Shown piece after piece: positions 37,147 through 37,293 of a stretch of DNA of 37,293 nucleotides. A program made the translations under genes and the position numbers. Source of the DNA: Planctomycetota bacterium (lineage in GTDB: Bacteria; Planctomycetota; GCA-002687715; DRQF01); contig JALTLO010000135.1 of the NCBI GenBank assembly GCA_027001995.1, forward strand, positions 1 through 37,293, written 5' to 3'. Numbering within the stretch: position 1 is the first letter of the stretch; each line of letters begins with the position of its first letter. Under the pieces are notes generated by a model. The model had not been told where the DNA came from, did no database searches, and saw only the letters and a program-made list of their open reading frames with translations.

Positions 37147-37293
37147 ATGCCAGAAATCGGACAAGCACTGCTCGATGCCAATGTCATCAATGCGGAACAA
37201 TTGCAAAAAGCACGGGGTGCTGGTGGGTCCTTAGCGGAAGCCCTGGTAGATGGCCGCGCCATCGATGAGCGAGAGTTCTGCGCCACCATCTCC
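37147..37293 (+). CDS. N-terminus of an MshEN/T2SSE_N-like protein, possibly a GspE/PilB ATPase (truncated; not in the ORF track)
   Basis: GGAG-N7-ATG; MPEIGQALLDANVINAEQLQKARGAGGSLAEALVDGRAIDEREFCATIS shows the twice-repeated (I/L)(G/A)..L(L/V)...I...(L/F) pattern; open to the edge. Confidence 0.6.
   Translation, partial: MPEIGQALLDANVINAEQLQKARGAGGSLAEALVDGRAIDEREFCATIS

Noticed and set aside
36903..37289. ORFs 36903..37289 (-) and 37080..37268 (+)
   Set aside because: The frame starting at ATG 37147 has an SD and a recognisable repeat motif; these are shadows of it.

Overview
Bacterial chromosomal window with no integrase, transposase, prophage or CRISPR array. The gene content (ECF sigma/anti-sigma, BlaI/M56, HEAT repeats, secretin-like and SH3 exported proteins) is compatible with a Planctomycetota/PVC-type organism, but this is inference only. 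Left to right: a truncated Gly/Ser-linker lipoprotein; a CPBP protease; ruvB-spoIID-tgt; cstA; exported PDZ and SH3 proteins; an aminotransferase-ltaE-phosphohexomutase-larC operon; a translationally coupled operon of ECF sigma, secretin-like protein, zinc anti-sigma and a second secretin-like paralog, divergent from a BlaI/M56-PDZ pair with two clear operators; a 12 kb alpha-glucan cluster (GH15, glgC, glgA fused to a DUF4912-like domain, GH57 branching enzyme) enclosing three different ATP-dependent amide ligases and a beta-CASP hydrolase; tRNA-Ala(GGC); a BamE-like lipoprotein; a long non-coding stretch with hairpins and DnaA-box matches; a small acidic ORF, a HEAT-repeat protein and the start of an MshEN/T2SSE_N-like gene. 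The best candidates for undescribed systems are the ECF operon with twin secretin-like proteins (apparent ATT start) and the glycogen-embedded triple-ligase module. All family calls come from motif recognition by eye; no database searches were run.
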